A DNA stretch of 47,502 nucleotides from Candidatus Omnitrophota bacterium (GCA_903819565.1 CAIJDY010000097.1:1-47502), one strand, 5' to 3'. Positions 1-8,696 are shown, counted from the stretch's first letter. The notes: generated by a model not told the origin, from the letters alone. A program made the numbers and translations.

Positions 1-1
1 A

Positions 2-394
2 ATCCCTCCCTCGAAGGAACAGGGGAAGCGGTCCTTTGATAAAGCTCAGCGCTGGCTGGATGAAGCCAATGTCATATGGGGAAGTAAGGCGTTTAATTCC
101 GCGGTCTCGGCAGCGTATCTGGCCATGTTCCATTCTGCAAGAGCCATTCTTTTCGCGGATGGGTTCAGGGAAAAAAGCCACGCTTGTGTTGCCCGATATC
201 TGGCTCAATATGTTCAAAAAGGGAACCTTGAACAGGAATGGGTTGATCTTTTGGACCATCATCGGGAAATCAGGCATGAGGATCAGTACGATCTCGGTTT
301 TTTTGCTACAGAAGAAAATGCTGAAAAAGCGCTGGGGTCAGCAACAAAATTCATGCGGCGAATGAAGCAGCTCTTCAATGAAATAACACGTTAA
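2..394 (+). CDS. HEPN domain protein, 5-prime end cut by window edge
   Basis: Frame 2 is open from base 2. It translates to ...KAQRWLDEANVIWGSKAFNSAVSAAYLAMFHSARAILFADG...HHREIRHEDQYD..., a HEPN-like helical pattern with an R-x-x-x-H type motif. The listed 89-aa ORF at 125 is only its internal Met. Confidence 0.6.
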   Translation: MPPSKEQGKRSFDKAQRWLDEANVIWGSKAFNSAVSAAYLAMFHSARAILFADGFREKSHACVARYLAQYVQKGNLEQEWVDLLDHHREIRHEDQYDLGFFATEENAEKALGSATKFMRRMKQLFNEITR

Positions 395-405
395 AAAAGA
401 AAAAA

Positions 406-1347
406 ATGACTACTCCCTTTTTGATAAAGCAAAGGCTGAGTGAAATGATGCGGCAGTGGATGAGCTCGCGTGTCGTGGGGCTTGATATTGAGGCCTCGCG
501 CGTGAACTACGCGGAAGTGTCGCAGCATGGCGGAGCGCTGACCCTAAAACAGGGGGGGACTCTTCCTGTCGGACCGGGCGGAAACGCGGAGGTCCTGAAA
601 GCACTGGCTCCCCGGATCAGTGAAGGCGGCATCGATATCGTGTGCGCGATCTCTTCCCCGGAATTGGTCGTACGCCCTTTCCGTTTTCCCCGCGTCGCGC
701 AGAAAGAGTTTCAAAAGGCCATCCGGATGGAAGCGGAAGCGGCGATCCTGGACGGACACACCCTGGAAGAAATGGTGATCGATTGGCACAGGACGGGTTC
801 TGTTCCCCGGGAAGGCATGGAGGGGGTTCTGGCCGTGGCGCCTCGGGCCATGGTCTCCGGGCAGATGGAGATGTTCCATAAGGCGGGTCTTCATCCGGCG
901 GTCATGGACGTTAGGGCCCTGGCATTATGGAACGGTTTCTGGCGGCTGACGCCGGGGACCAAAACGGGGTCCGGACCGACGCTTCTGGTCAATATCACGG
1001 GCGAGGCGACGAACCTGATCGTTGCCCAAGGGAAGCAGGGACTTTTTTTGGTGCGTGATCTTGAAATAGAAGCTCACGCGGCGACGGGGGACTGGCTTTC
1101 GGAGATCAAGGATTCTCTGGCTTATGCCCGCTCCAAAAGCGGACTGAAGAAACTGGACGCGGCTTACATCACCGGGTCGGGAGCTCAAGAGTCTCTTGCC
1201 GCAAAACTGGCGTCGGCGATCGGTTTGCCGGTCCCGGTCTGGGATCCCCTTCGTTATCTGCCGCCGGAACAAAATGGATCCGGTCCCCGCATCACTGATG
1301 GCCGCGCGCTGAGCGTCGCCATAGGCCTGGCTTTGAGAAAACTATGA
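406..1347 (+). CDS. pilM: type IV pilus assembly protein PilM-like (actin-like ATPase fold)
   Basis: 313 aa with an N-terminal VVGLDIEASRV motif typical of PilM/FtsA-like proteins. First of four translationally coupled genes; its stop overlaps the next start (ATGA at 1344). Confidence 0.7.
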   Translation: MTTPFLIKQRLSEMMRQWMSSRVVGLDIEASRVNYAEVSQHGGALTLKQGGTLPVGPGGNAEVLKALAPRISEGGIDIVCAISSPELVVRPFRFPRVAQKEFQKAIRMEAEAAILDGHTLEEMVIDWHRTGSVPREGMEGVLAVAPRAMVSGQMEMFHKAGLHPAVMDVRALALWNGFWRLTPGTKTGSGPTLLVNITGEATNLIVAQGKQGLFLVRDLEIEAHAATGDWLSEIKDSLAYARSKSGLKKLDAAYITGSGAQESLAAKLASAIGLPVPVWDPLRYLPPEQNGSGPRITDGRALSVAIGLALRKL

Positions 1348-2006
1348 AATCGCCCCCCAAGACCAATATTCGCCGGATCACTTCTTCGCTAGCCTCTTTC
1401 CGTTTTGGAGCGGGCGGGAAGTCATCCGACGTTTTTGCCATCAACCTTATACGCTCCCGGTCGTTTTTTCATCTTAACCGGCGCGTGCTATCTTTCCTGA
1501 CGCTCGGTTATTTTATCGCGCAGGGCCTGCTCTTTCTTGGACTGGTTTTTTGGGGACTGGGTCTCGGGGTTAAGACCTTCCAGCTGGATCAAAGTTTCCG
1601 CCGGGCTTTTCCCCTGAGTGTTTCCGGCACGGAATTTCAAACGCAGCTGAATCAATTATCCCAGCGGGCGCGGGCGAGTCTTGCTGAATTGAAGACGGCC
1701 GTCGCGATCGAGAAAGATAAATTCCGGATCGCCGGGAAACTGGCGGGGATCGCGCGCACCATTCCGGTCCGGACCTGGGTCTCTTCGATCCGGCTGGACG
1801 CCTCGGAGCGCAGCATGAACATCGAAGCCGGTTTTTTGGTGGATCCTGCGGATCCCGACCGGCTGCCGGTGAAAGGCTGGATCGATGCCTTGGCGAAAGA
1901 TCCGGGGTTTGGTCCCTGGCTGAAGAAGATCGAACAGATTCATTCTTCCGAAAACCAAAAAGGGCAGGCGGAAATTTGCCTTTTTGAGATCCAGGCGGGG
2001 TGGTAG
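1344..2006 (+). CDS. pilN: PilN-like fimbrial assembly protein
   Basis: 220 aa with an INLI(R) motif matching the conserved PilN INLLP box, followed by a single TM segment (FLTLGYFIAQGLLFLGLVFWGLGL). Lies between the pilM-like and pilO-like genes. Confidence 0.6.
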   Translation: MKSPPKTNIRRITSSLASFRFGAGGKSSDVFAINLIRSRSFFHLNRRVLSFLTLGYFIAQGLLFLGLVFWGLGLGVKTFQLDQSFRRAFPLSVSGTEFQTQLNQLSQRARASLAELKTAVAIEKDKFRIAGKLAGIARTIPVRTWVSSIRLDASERSMNIEAGFLVDPADPDRLPVKGWIDALAKDPGFGPWLKKIEQIHSSENQKGQAEICLFEIQAGW

Positions 2007-2008
2007 CC

Positions 2009-2584
2009 ATGAAAACCCGGGGACTTCGCAGCCGTAAGATCGCATGGCCCGCGTGGCATTTTTCCCGCGTGCGTCTTTTTTTTCTTTTGGGTTTTTTACT
2101 CCCGATCGTCATAAACTTATTGACGGTCCATTTTTTTGTGGAGCCTCTTAAAAAAAAGGTTGCCGGCCTTAGCGAGCTCGCGGCGCTCGTGGAATTAAAA
2201 CCCCGCATGGAAACGTTGATCGCCGGAAGTAATGAATTGATGGCCCAGAAAGTCGCGAAGGGCCAGCCGCCCACGGACGCGGGGTCGGTCCTGAAGGAGA
2301 TCCGGGGATTGGCCAGGAGCCACAAGGTTGAGATCAAAGAACTTCGCGTCCAGAATACGGAGAACGCCAAAGGGGTTGCTCCTGACAAGGCCCTTGAAGC
2401 CGCGGGGCTCAAAAAAGTCGCGCTTTCCATGGACATCACGGGAAGTTATTCCAAGGTCGCCCGCTGGCTGGCATCGCTGGACCAGAAAATGGAGATCCGG
2501 GTGGATGATCTTACGCTGACCCCTTCTTCTGCCGGGGGCTGCCAGCTCCGTCTTGAACTAAAGCTCCTTTTGAGGAAATCATGA
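2009..2584 (+). CDS. pilO: PilO-like pilus assembly protein
   Basis: One TM (FFLLGFLLPIVINLLTVHFFV), a coiled-coil stretch, then ITGSYSKVARWLASLD, which resembles the PilO core. ATG at 2009 preferred over the in-frame GTG at 2000. Confidence 0.55.
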   Translation: MKTRGLRSRKIAWPAWHFSRVRLFFLLGFLLPIVINLLTVHFFVEPLKKKVAGLSELAALVELKPRMETLIAGSNELMAQKVAKGQPPTDAGSVLKEIRGLARSHKVEIKELRVQNTENAKGVAPDKALEAAGLKKVALSMDITGSYSKVARWLASLDQKMEIRVDDLTLTPSSAGGCQLRLELKLLLRKS

Positions 2585-2650
2585 AAAGACTTTTTCTAGA
2601 GGGGGTTTCGCAAGTCGTTGCAAGGGGTTGTGAGACTGGGCTTTTTGCTT

Positions 2651-2731
2651 TGTCATCCCCGGATGTTTTTATCGGGGATCCAGAATACAAACACATCCCT
2701 GGATTCCCGCTCAAAGCGTGCGGGAATGACA
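2651..2731 (-). repeat. double-hairpin miniature palindromic repeat, copy 1 (TGTCAT...ATGACA termini)
   Basis: tgtcATCCCCGgatgtttttatCGGGGATccagaatacaaacacatccctggATTCCCGCtcaaagcgtGCGGGAATgaca. Its reverse complement aligns with the copies at 8829 and 40270. Confidence 0.8.
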
Positions 2732-2751
2732 AATTGTATAGCAAGTTACGA

Positions 2752-3198
2752 ATGCTTATGAAATTGCTTCTCGTCCTGTTTTGTTTGCTTGCGCCGTGCC
2801 CCGCTTGGGCGGCCCCGGCTCAGGAAGGCGAACTTTTGGTCAAGGACCTTTCGTCGGCGATCGAAGAATACAAGGCAATCGATCACGGGCTGAGCAACTA
2901 TGACGTTGTCTTGCGACGGGACCCCATGCAGGCCCTGGTCGATGAGAGCGGGAATATCGTGAGTCCCGCGGGACTTCATGACGGGCTTACGGTCCAGGGC
3001 GTCATCCGTTCCAAGGATTTTAAAAGCGTCCTGGTCGACGACGAGTTTTATGCGGAAGGGGACATGATCGGGCCGTTCCGGGTCGTCGAGATCAAGGAGA
3101 ACGGTTTTGTAGCCGAGGAAGAAGGCAAAAAGATATTCGTGCCCCTTTATTCCGAAAATTCCGCGCCCGCAAACCCCAAGAGCATTGTTTCCCAATAG
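2752..3198 (+). CDS. secreted PilP-like protein
   Basis: Signal peptide MLMKLLLVLFCLLAPCPAWA. The C-terminal LTVQGVIRSKDFKSVLVDDEFYAEGDMIGPFRVVEIKENGFV fits the PilP beta-domain pattern. The upstream part of ORF 2581..3198 is read through the repeat element, so the start was moved to 2752. Confidence 0.5.
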   Translation: MLMKLLLVLFCLLAPCPAWAAPAQEGELLVKDLSSAIEEYKAIDHGLSNYDVVLRRDPMQALVDESGNIVSPAGLHDGLTVQGVIRSKDFKSVLVDDEFYAEGDMIGPFRVVEIKENGFVAEEEGKKIFVPLYSENSAPANPKSIVSQ

Positions 3199-3459
3199 GA
3201 ACAGGTTTTCCGAAGGGAATCTTCCGGTACCCCGCTCAACCCTCGGGGTTGAACTCTCATCCAACCCCCGAGGTTGAACGGGTTACTCAACGGTACCGGG
3301 TGCCGCCCAACACGGCGCGTCCGTGAAAGATACCTTTTAACCTCCATTCCACACTTGCCCTCTCTAAATTTTTGTGTAATGCTACCCACGAGATTCGGGC
3401 GTCATGCTTCCATCGGTTTCATAGGAAGATCGACCGTTTTTGACAATCGGGAGGATCGT

Positions 3460-3960
3460 ATGGCAGGCACAAGATACGCTTTCTTTTTGCTGGCGGCATT
3501 TTTGTTCGTGAGCGGCTGCGGCCCGAGGCCCGGTGTCGGAGCGGGCCGCGACGTGGTCGTCCGGATCAACGATTACACGGTCCCGCGTGACGAGTTCGAA
3601 AGCGAATTCAGGGATTCCGCTTACGGCGCGGTCGATACCCCCGAGTCCCGCCGGAATTTTCTGAGCACTCTGATCGACCGGAAGCTGATCGTGCAGTACG
3701 CCCAAAAAGAGGGCCTCGACAAGGAGCCGCATTTCCTGAGGGCCGTCGAAAAATTCTGGGAACAGTCGCTCGTCAAGGTCGTGATGGACCGGAAGACGAT
3801 CGAGATCGCGGCCAAGACCTCCGGGGCCGACTGGGAGGCCCAGCGGGCCGAGGAGACGAAGAAAATGAACGACTGGATGAGCGGGCTCCGGAGGGGAGCG
3901 ACCATCACTGTCGACGGCAGCGCGATGATCAAGTCCGCCGGCAAAGAGGGGGGGCGCTGA
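3460..3960 (+). CDS. lipoprotein with SurA N-terminal-like chaperone domain
   Basis: RBS gggagg lies upstream of the ATG at 3460. Lipobox LFVSGC. NFLSTLIDRKLIVQYAQKEGLDKEPHFLRAVEKFWEQSLV resembles the SurA/PpiD N-terminal domain. Confidence 0.5.
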   Translation: MAGTRYAFFLLAAFLFVSGCGPRPGVGAGRDVVVRINDYTVPRDEFESEFRDSAYGAVDTPESRRNFLSTLIDRKLIVQYAQKEGLDKEPHFLRAVEKFWEQSLVKVVMDRKTIEIAAKTSGADWEAQRAEETKKMNDWMSGLRRGATITVDGSAMIKSAGKEGGR

Positions 3961-3961
3961 C

Positions 3962-4501
3962 ATGGAAAAACGGAAAAATTATTTTATCGATAAGGATTTC
4001 CAGGCCGGTTTTATCCTGAAGTTCTGCTCGCTGGTCGTCGTGACCGGCGGTTTCGTCATCGCCGTGCTCTACCTGCTGACCGGGAAGGCGACGACGGTCT
4101 CGATCGTGAATTCGCGCGTGGTTGTGCAGACGACGGCCGATTTTATTTTCCCGCTGCTGATCCAGACCCTGGTCGTCTCTACGATCGTGGTGGGGCTCGC
4201 GACCGTGATCGCCACGCTGTTCATCTCCCACCGGATCGCCGGGCCCGTCTACCGCTTCAAGAAGGTGCTGGCGTCGCTAGGCGAAGGCGATTTTTCGCTC
4301 GGTTGCAAGATCCGGCCCACGGATTCCCTGCAGGACGTGGCCGCGGCGTTCACTGCCATGATCGAGAAAGTCCGGAAGAATTTCGAACTCGTGGACAGGG
4401 ACCTCGCAGAGTTGAAGAAAAAAGCGGACGTGGGAGACCTGAACGAGATCAAAAAGTCCGTTTCCGAAGTGGACAAGGCGTTACGCCGTTTTAAATTTTA
4501 A
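3962..4501 (+). CDS. membrane protein with two TM segments and a HAMP-like linker
   Basis: TM1 FILKFCSLVVVTGGFVIAVLYLL and TM2 LVVSTIVVGLATVIATLFI, followed by SHRIAGPVYRFKKVLASLGEGDFS, a HAMP-like amphipathic segment. Confidence 0.5.
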   Translation: MEKRKNYFIDKDFQAGFILKFCSLVVVTGGFVIAVLYLLTGKATTVSIVNSRVVVQTTADFIFPLLIQTLVVSTIVVGLATVIATLFISHRIAGPVYRFKKVLASLGEGDFSLGCKIRPTDSLQDVAAAFTAMIEKVRKNFELVDRDLAELKKKADVGDLNEIKKSVSEVDKALRRFKF

Positions 4502-5085
4502 TGAAAGCCTCTAAAAAGCGTTCTTACCTCCTTCTCGTAGCGTGCGCGGCCCTGTTTTTGGGAGCGTCCTCCCTGCGCGCCTTTGACGACGGCTTCAGCT
4601 ATGACCGGAAATTCGAAGGCAAATACGTCACCGTCTACTGCGCGCCCGGACTGGACCTCCCGCGTCTCGCGCCGCAGCTGAATATCCTCCCGACCGACGC
4701 GATTCTCGCGGGACGGCCCTGGAAGGCCGGAGACCCCACCGACGGGGAGCTCGCGCCGATGCTCGATACGCTTTTCGTTCAGGTCTCCGATATCCTGGAC
4801 ATGCATCTCGAAAGCTTCAAAACGGATATCAAAATATGCGGCACGGACAAGGAACTCGCGGGGATTTATAAATTACTTTTTGGTAAGGATCTCGAGGGGC
4901 ATCGCGCCTTTTATATTTATGACCTGAATACAATCTATGTTGCGCCGGACGCTTTCCGGCAGGGAGCGGTTGGTCATGAGATGAGTCATGCGATCATCAG
5001 CCATTACTTTGACGTTTCCGCGCCTTCCAGGGTCCAGGAAGTTCTGTCTTTGTATGTGGAAGACAGTTTGAAAAAAAAGACGTAA
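4501..5085 (+). CDS. secreted protein with HExxH zinc-metallopeptidase motif
   Basis: Signal peptide LLLVACAALFLGASSLRA. GAVGHEMSHAI contains HEMSH. The start overlaps the previous stop (TAATG). Confidence 0.45.
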   Translation: MKASKKRSYLLLVACAALFLGASSLRAFDDGFSYDRKFEGKYVTVYCAPGLDLPRLAPQLNILPTDAILAGRPWKAGDPTDGELAPMLDTLFVQVSDILDMHLESFKTDIKICGTDKELAGIYKLLFGKDLEGHRAFYIYDLNTIYVAPDAFRQGAVGHEMSHAIISHYFDVSAPSRVQEVLSLYVEDSLKKKT

Positions 5086-5130
5086 CTCATAACCCGTTTT
5101 TCGCGTTGGGCATTTTGATCGGAGCCGTCC

Positions 5131-6180
5131 ATGTCATCTAAAAAAATACTCGTCACCGGAGGCGCGGGATACATCGGGTCGCACACCGCGGTCGAACTGG
5201 TCCGTGCCGGCTACGAGCCCGTACTCTTGGACAATTTCTCGAATTCCGAGCGCTTCATCGTCGCGAGAGTCCGCAAGATCACGGGGCGGAACATACGTCT
5301 CCATACGGCGGATTGTTCGGTTCCCGCCGCCGTGGACAAGGTCTTTAAGAAAGAAGGGCGTTTTCACGGCATCATCCACTTCGCGGCTCTCAAGGCCGTG
5401 GAAGAATCGGTCGCCCAGCCGCTCCGCTATTACCGCAACAATCTTGGCGGCTTGCTGACGATGCTGGAGGCCGTCGCGCGGTACCAAGTGCCGCATTTTG
5501 TTTTTTCCTCGTCCTGCACGGTTTACGGGGAGCCGGACAAGCTGCCGGTCCGCGAGGACGCACCGGTCAAGAACACTTCGTCCCCGTACGGGGAGACGAA
5601 AAAGATCGCGGAACGGATCCTCGAGACGTTCCTTCAAAGCGGCGTGCCCTTCAAGGCCGTTTCGCTGCGCTATTTTAATCCGATCGGTGCCCACCCTTCG
5701 GCCCTGATCGGCGAGCTTCCGCTCGGGACGCCGAAGAACCTCGTGCCGTTCGTGGCGCAGACGGCGGCGGGCATCCGGAAGATCCTACAAGTCTACGGGG
5801 ACGATTACGGGACGCCCGACGGGACGTGTATCCGCGACTACATTCACGTGATTGATCTCGCCGCGGCCCATGTCCGCGCGCTAGGCTACCTGGAGAAAAA
5901 ACGCGGGCCCTTCTATGACGTTTTCAATATCGGGACGGGCAGCGGCCAAAGCGTTCTCGGGATCGTCCGGACATTCGAGAAAGTGACTGGCGTGAAAGTT
6001 CCGTACAGAATCGCCCCGCGCCGCGCCGGCGATATTGCGGCGATCTATGCGGCCGCCGGTAAAGCGAAGAAAGTATTGGGCTGGAGCGCGAAACTCTCCC
6101 TGGAAGACGCCCTCCGCAGCAGTTGGGAGTGGCAGAAGGGACTTTGCCCCTCGCGCGGACGGACCCGCCGCAGCGCGTAG
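5131..6180 (+). CDS. galE: UDP-glucose 4-epimerase
   Basis: N-terminal KILVTGGAGYIGSH Rossmann motif, SSSCTVYG, catalytic YGETK (YxxxK), LRYFNPIGAH and DGTCIRDYIHVIDLA. Full-length GalE pattern. Confidence 0.9.
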   Translation: MSSKKILVTGGAGYIGSHTAVELVRAGYEPVLLDNFSNSERFIVARVRKITGRNIRLHTADCSVPAAVDKVFKKEGRFHGIIHFAALKAVEESVAQPLRYYRNNLGGLLTMLEAVARYQVPHFVFSSSCTVYGEPDKLPVREDAPVKNTSSPYGETKKIAERILETFLQSGVPFKAVSLRYFNPIGAHPSALIGELPLGTPKNLVPFVAQTAAGIRKILQVYGDDYGTPDGTCIRDYIHVIDLAAAHVRALGYLEKKRGPFYDVFNIGTGSGQSVLGIVRTFEKVTGVKVPYRIAPRRAGDIAAIYAAAGKAKKVLGWSAKLSLEDALRSSWEWQKGLCPSRGRTRRSA

Positions 6181-6238
6181 TGTCGAAGTCGCAGGACAGG
6201 ACAGCGTGCTCCGCGAGGACGGTTCGAAGGATCACACT

Positions 6239-7570
6239 ATGATGCGGCTTCTGAAAGAATGGTTCAAGGTCGCGGAAGTCCTGCTTGTTCTCCTGGCCGT
6301 CCCGGCGGCATTTATTTATCACATTTCCTTCCGGTGGCCGGGGCTTTTGGATGTCAGCTATGTTGCCATCGTCGGCATGTTCATCCTTCAGGCGGCGCTG
6401 AGCTACGGGTACACGACAAGCGTTCTTAAACGCAAGCCGTCCGGTCCTTTTTCTCCTGCGGAGACCCAACCGCTGCCGAAAACCACGTTCATCGTCACCG
6501 CCTACCTGCCGAACGAAGTGCCGGTGATTGAAGCGACGCTGGTCAATATCCTTCAAAATGTTCTGAGGCCTCCGGCGGGGATCGAGGTCATCCTCGTTTA
6601 CAACACGCCGCACGCGGAGCCGCTGGAAGGGAAGCTCCGTGAAATGACGCGCCAATGGCCGGAGCTTATTCTGACGAATGCCGATGGTTCCCGGAGTAAA
6701 AGCGAGAACCTGAACCACGCTCTCGAACTGGCGCACGGGGACATGATCGTGCTGCTGGATGCCGACCATCTTGTTTCGAGCGATTGCATCGCGCCGGCCT
6801 GGCGATGGATGGAGGCGGGGTATGACGTCGTCCAGGGGGGCTGCAAGATCCGCAATACTTCCGGAGGGATCGTTCCCGGCATCGTCGGGATCGAATTCGA
6901 GGTCATGTACGGCGTCCATCATCCGGCGAGGTCCGTTCTTTTCGACACGGGACTTTTCGGGGGTTCCAACGGTTATTGGCGGGCGGCGGCGATCAAAAAA
7001 ATAAGGTTCGACGCGAACATGCTGACCGAGGACATCGACACGACGCTTCGCGGGATCCTGGCGGGGCTCCGGTTCGTCCACGACGAGGCCATCGTTTCCA
7101 CGGAGCTGGCACCCGTGACGCTGGGGGGTCTTTGGTTCCAGAGGAAACGCTGGCTTCAGGGATGGCTCCAGTGTGCTTTGAAATACCAGCGGGCGATCTG
7201 GAAAACGGGACACTTAAATCTCACTCAAAAATTTTCGTGGACGACGCAGCTGGCATGCGGGGTCGTTTACGATCTCGTCGCGTTCCTTTTCTTCCCGGTG
7301 GTCCTTGCGATCTGGTTTCATTCGGGGAGGGTGGCGTTACCGGCCCCGGCTTATAGCGTTTTCGCTTTCTTTTTCATCCTGCTGACCGGGCCGTACCAGG
7401 CGGCCGTGATGTATCGGAACGCGGTTCCGCCCCGGGACTCCGCGTGGCGCTACGCCTTATATATCGTTGTGTCCTGGCCTTACACGCTGTTCAAGACCGT
7501 CCTGCACATGGTTGCCATCAGGGACGAATTGGCCGGCGAGCGTGCGTGGACCGTTTCGAAACGGGGATAG
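6239..7570 (+). CDS. processive family-2 glycosyltransferase (synthase type, multi-TM)
   Basis: ATG at 6239 with RBS gaagga. N-terminal TM segment, VLLDADH (DxD), TEDID (TED) and FQRKRW (QxxRW) motifs, and C-terminal TM helices. Same architecture as cellulose/PNAG/chitin-oligosaccharide synthases. Confidence 0.75.
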   Translation: MMRLLKEWFKVAEVLLVLLAVPAAFIYHISFRWPGLLDVSYVAIVGMFILQAALSYGYTTSVLKRKPSGPFSPAETQPLPKTTFIVTAYLPNEVPVIEATLVNILQNVLRPPAGIEVILVYNTPHAEPLEGKLREMTRQWPELILTNADGSRSKSENLNHALELAHGDMIVLLDADHLVSSDCIAPAWRWMEAGYDVVQGGCKIRNTSGGIVPGIVGIEFEVMYGVHHPARSVLFDTGLFGGSNGYWRAAAIKKIRFDANMLTEDIDTTLRGILAGLRFVHDEAIVSTELAPVTLGGLWFQRKRWLQGWLQCALKYQRAIWKTGHLNLTQKFSWTTQLACGVVYDLVAFLFFPVVLAIWFHSGRVALPAPAYSVFAFFFILLTGPYQAAVMYRNAVPPRDSAWRYALYIVVSWPYTLFKTVLHMVAIRDELAGERAWTVSKRG

Positions 7571-7654
7571 GCAGTTCTGGTTCTTGTTAATTTAAAAGAC
7601 GGAAACCAGGGCAGCACGGTCGTCTCTGTCGTGAGGAATGAGAACATGAATTAA

Positions 7655-7685
7655 GGGGACAGACAATCACTCAATGTCTGTCCCC
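7655..7685. terminator. perfect 10-bp hairpin between convergent genes
   Basis: GGGGACAGACaatcactcaatGTCTGTCCCC lies between the GT2 stop (7570) and the stop of the minus-strand gene (7693). Confidence 0.6.
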
Positions 7686-7692
7686 CGGGTTT

Positions 7693-8040
7693 CTAAGTTA
7701 TGCGGACGGAGCCGGGAAGGGACTGGAGGTTGTGCGCGGAACCGTCCGGCATCGTGATCTCGACGGTCGTGGTTTCGTCTTCATAAAGATCATCCATCAG
7801 TTCGGCTTTGACCTCGACCGTGTCCGCCGGCACCTGGGCGGATTGGTTCGGCATCAGGGTTTTTGAATAATCTTCGCCCGTGCGGCTGATGAAAGTCACG
7901 TTGATCTCGCCGTTACAGCTGTTGGTCACGGAACCCGTCTGGTAGTTTGAGTTGTCTTCCGCGACTGCGAACGAAAGGCCGAACACGGTCCCGGATAAGA
8001 AAATGAGCAGGCAGATACAAGCGCGTAATTTCATGGTCAT
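7693..8040 (-). CDS. secreted protein, one copy of an uncharacterised ~80-aa beta-rich domain
   Basis: Signal peptide MKLRACICLLIFLSGTVFGLSFAVA. Its domain aligns with the C-terminus of the upstream gene (INVTFIS...VPADTVEV...VEITMPDGS...LQSLPGSV). Confidence 0.6.
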   Translation of the reverse strand: MTMKLRACICLLIFLSGTVFGLSFAVAEDNSNYQTGSVTNSCNGEINVTFISRTGEDYSKTLMPNQSAQVPADTVEVKAELMDDLYEDETTTVEITMPDGSAHNLQSLPGSVRIT

Positions 8041-8663
8041 TTCGCTTTCCGGCCCAGATAAACCGAGCCTTGAGGGGATTGGATGCTTTGACGCGTGCCG
8101 TCCGGCATGAGGACTTCCACGAGGACGGTCACGTCGGTAAAAGAGGTGTTCAGAGGCTGGGTCCTGACCTCGACGGTATTCCTCGGGACAGTGATCGTCT
8201 GACTCGGCAGGAGGACCTGCGTTCGCTGGGAACCGAGGCGGCTGCTGATGAAAGTAACATAAAGCTGGATGTTGCTACGATTGATCACGTGGCCCGGCTG
8301 GAGAGGCTGGACGGGAATTGCGGCGGGCGGCGCTTTTACCGGGAGTGTTTTCTCTGGGGAAGCGGCGAAGGTGTAGCGTCCGCCACTCGTGGTGATATAG
8401 CCGATCGTTCCGTTGTCTTCCACGATCTTGATACGAATCTCGGTCGCCGTGCCTTCGGGGACATGATCCAGCCACAGGAAAGGCTGCCGCATCGGAGTGG
8501 TTTGTCCGGGCTGGAGGGTGCCGCCCCCCGAAATGCCTTTGGCCGTTCTTCCGGAGATCTTGACCGGCGCCGGGCCTTCGTTGGTGATGCTGCCCGCGAA
8601 AAGCGGGGAAGCGGCCAGACAGAAGAACGCGCCGAGGGCCGCGCATTTCCAGACTCTCATCAA
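8037..8663 (-). CDS. secreted protein with repeats of the same uncharacterised domain
   Basis: Signal peptide CAALGAFFCLAASPLFAG. The C-terminal LYVTFISS...VPRNTVEV...VEVLMPDGT...IQSPQGSV is paralogous to 7693..8040. RBS ggaaggagg; 4-nt overlap with the downstream gene. Confidence 0.6.
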   Translation of the reverse strand: MMRVWKCAALGAFFCLAASPLFAGSITNEGPAPVKISGRTAKGISGGGTLQPGQTTPMRQPFLWLDHVPEGTATEIRIKIVEDNGTIGYITTSGGRYTFAASPEKTLPVKAPPAAIPVQPLQPGHVINRSNIQLYVTFISSRLGSQRTQVLLPSQTITVPRNTVEVRTQPLNTSFTDVTVLVEVLMPDGTRQSIQSPQGSVYLGRKAK

Positions 8664-8696
8664 ACGGACCTCCTTCCGGTTTGGGACATGTTTGGG

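Noticed and set aside
36-365. 109-aa ORF in another frame at the left edge
   Set aside because: It overlaps the HEPN frame, which has recognisable helices and is open to the window edge.
2581-2751. N-terminal 57 codons of the listed ORF 2581..3198
   Set aside because: This segment is read straight through the double-hairpin repeat element. A proper signal peptide begins at the Met at 2752.
5924-7213. 429-aa minus-strand ORF spanning the galE end and the GT2 gene
   Set aside because: Antisense shadow ORF with no start context or motifs. The + strand GT2 has DxD/TED/QxxRW.
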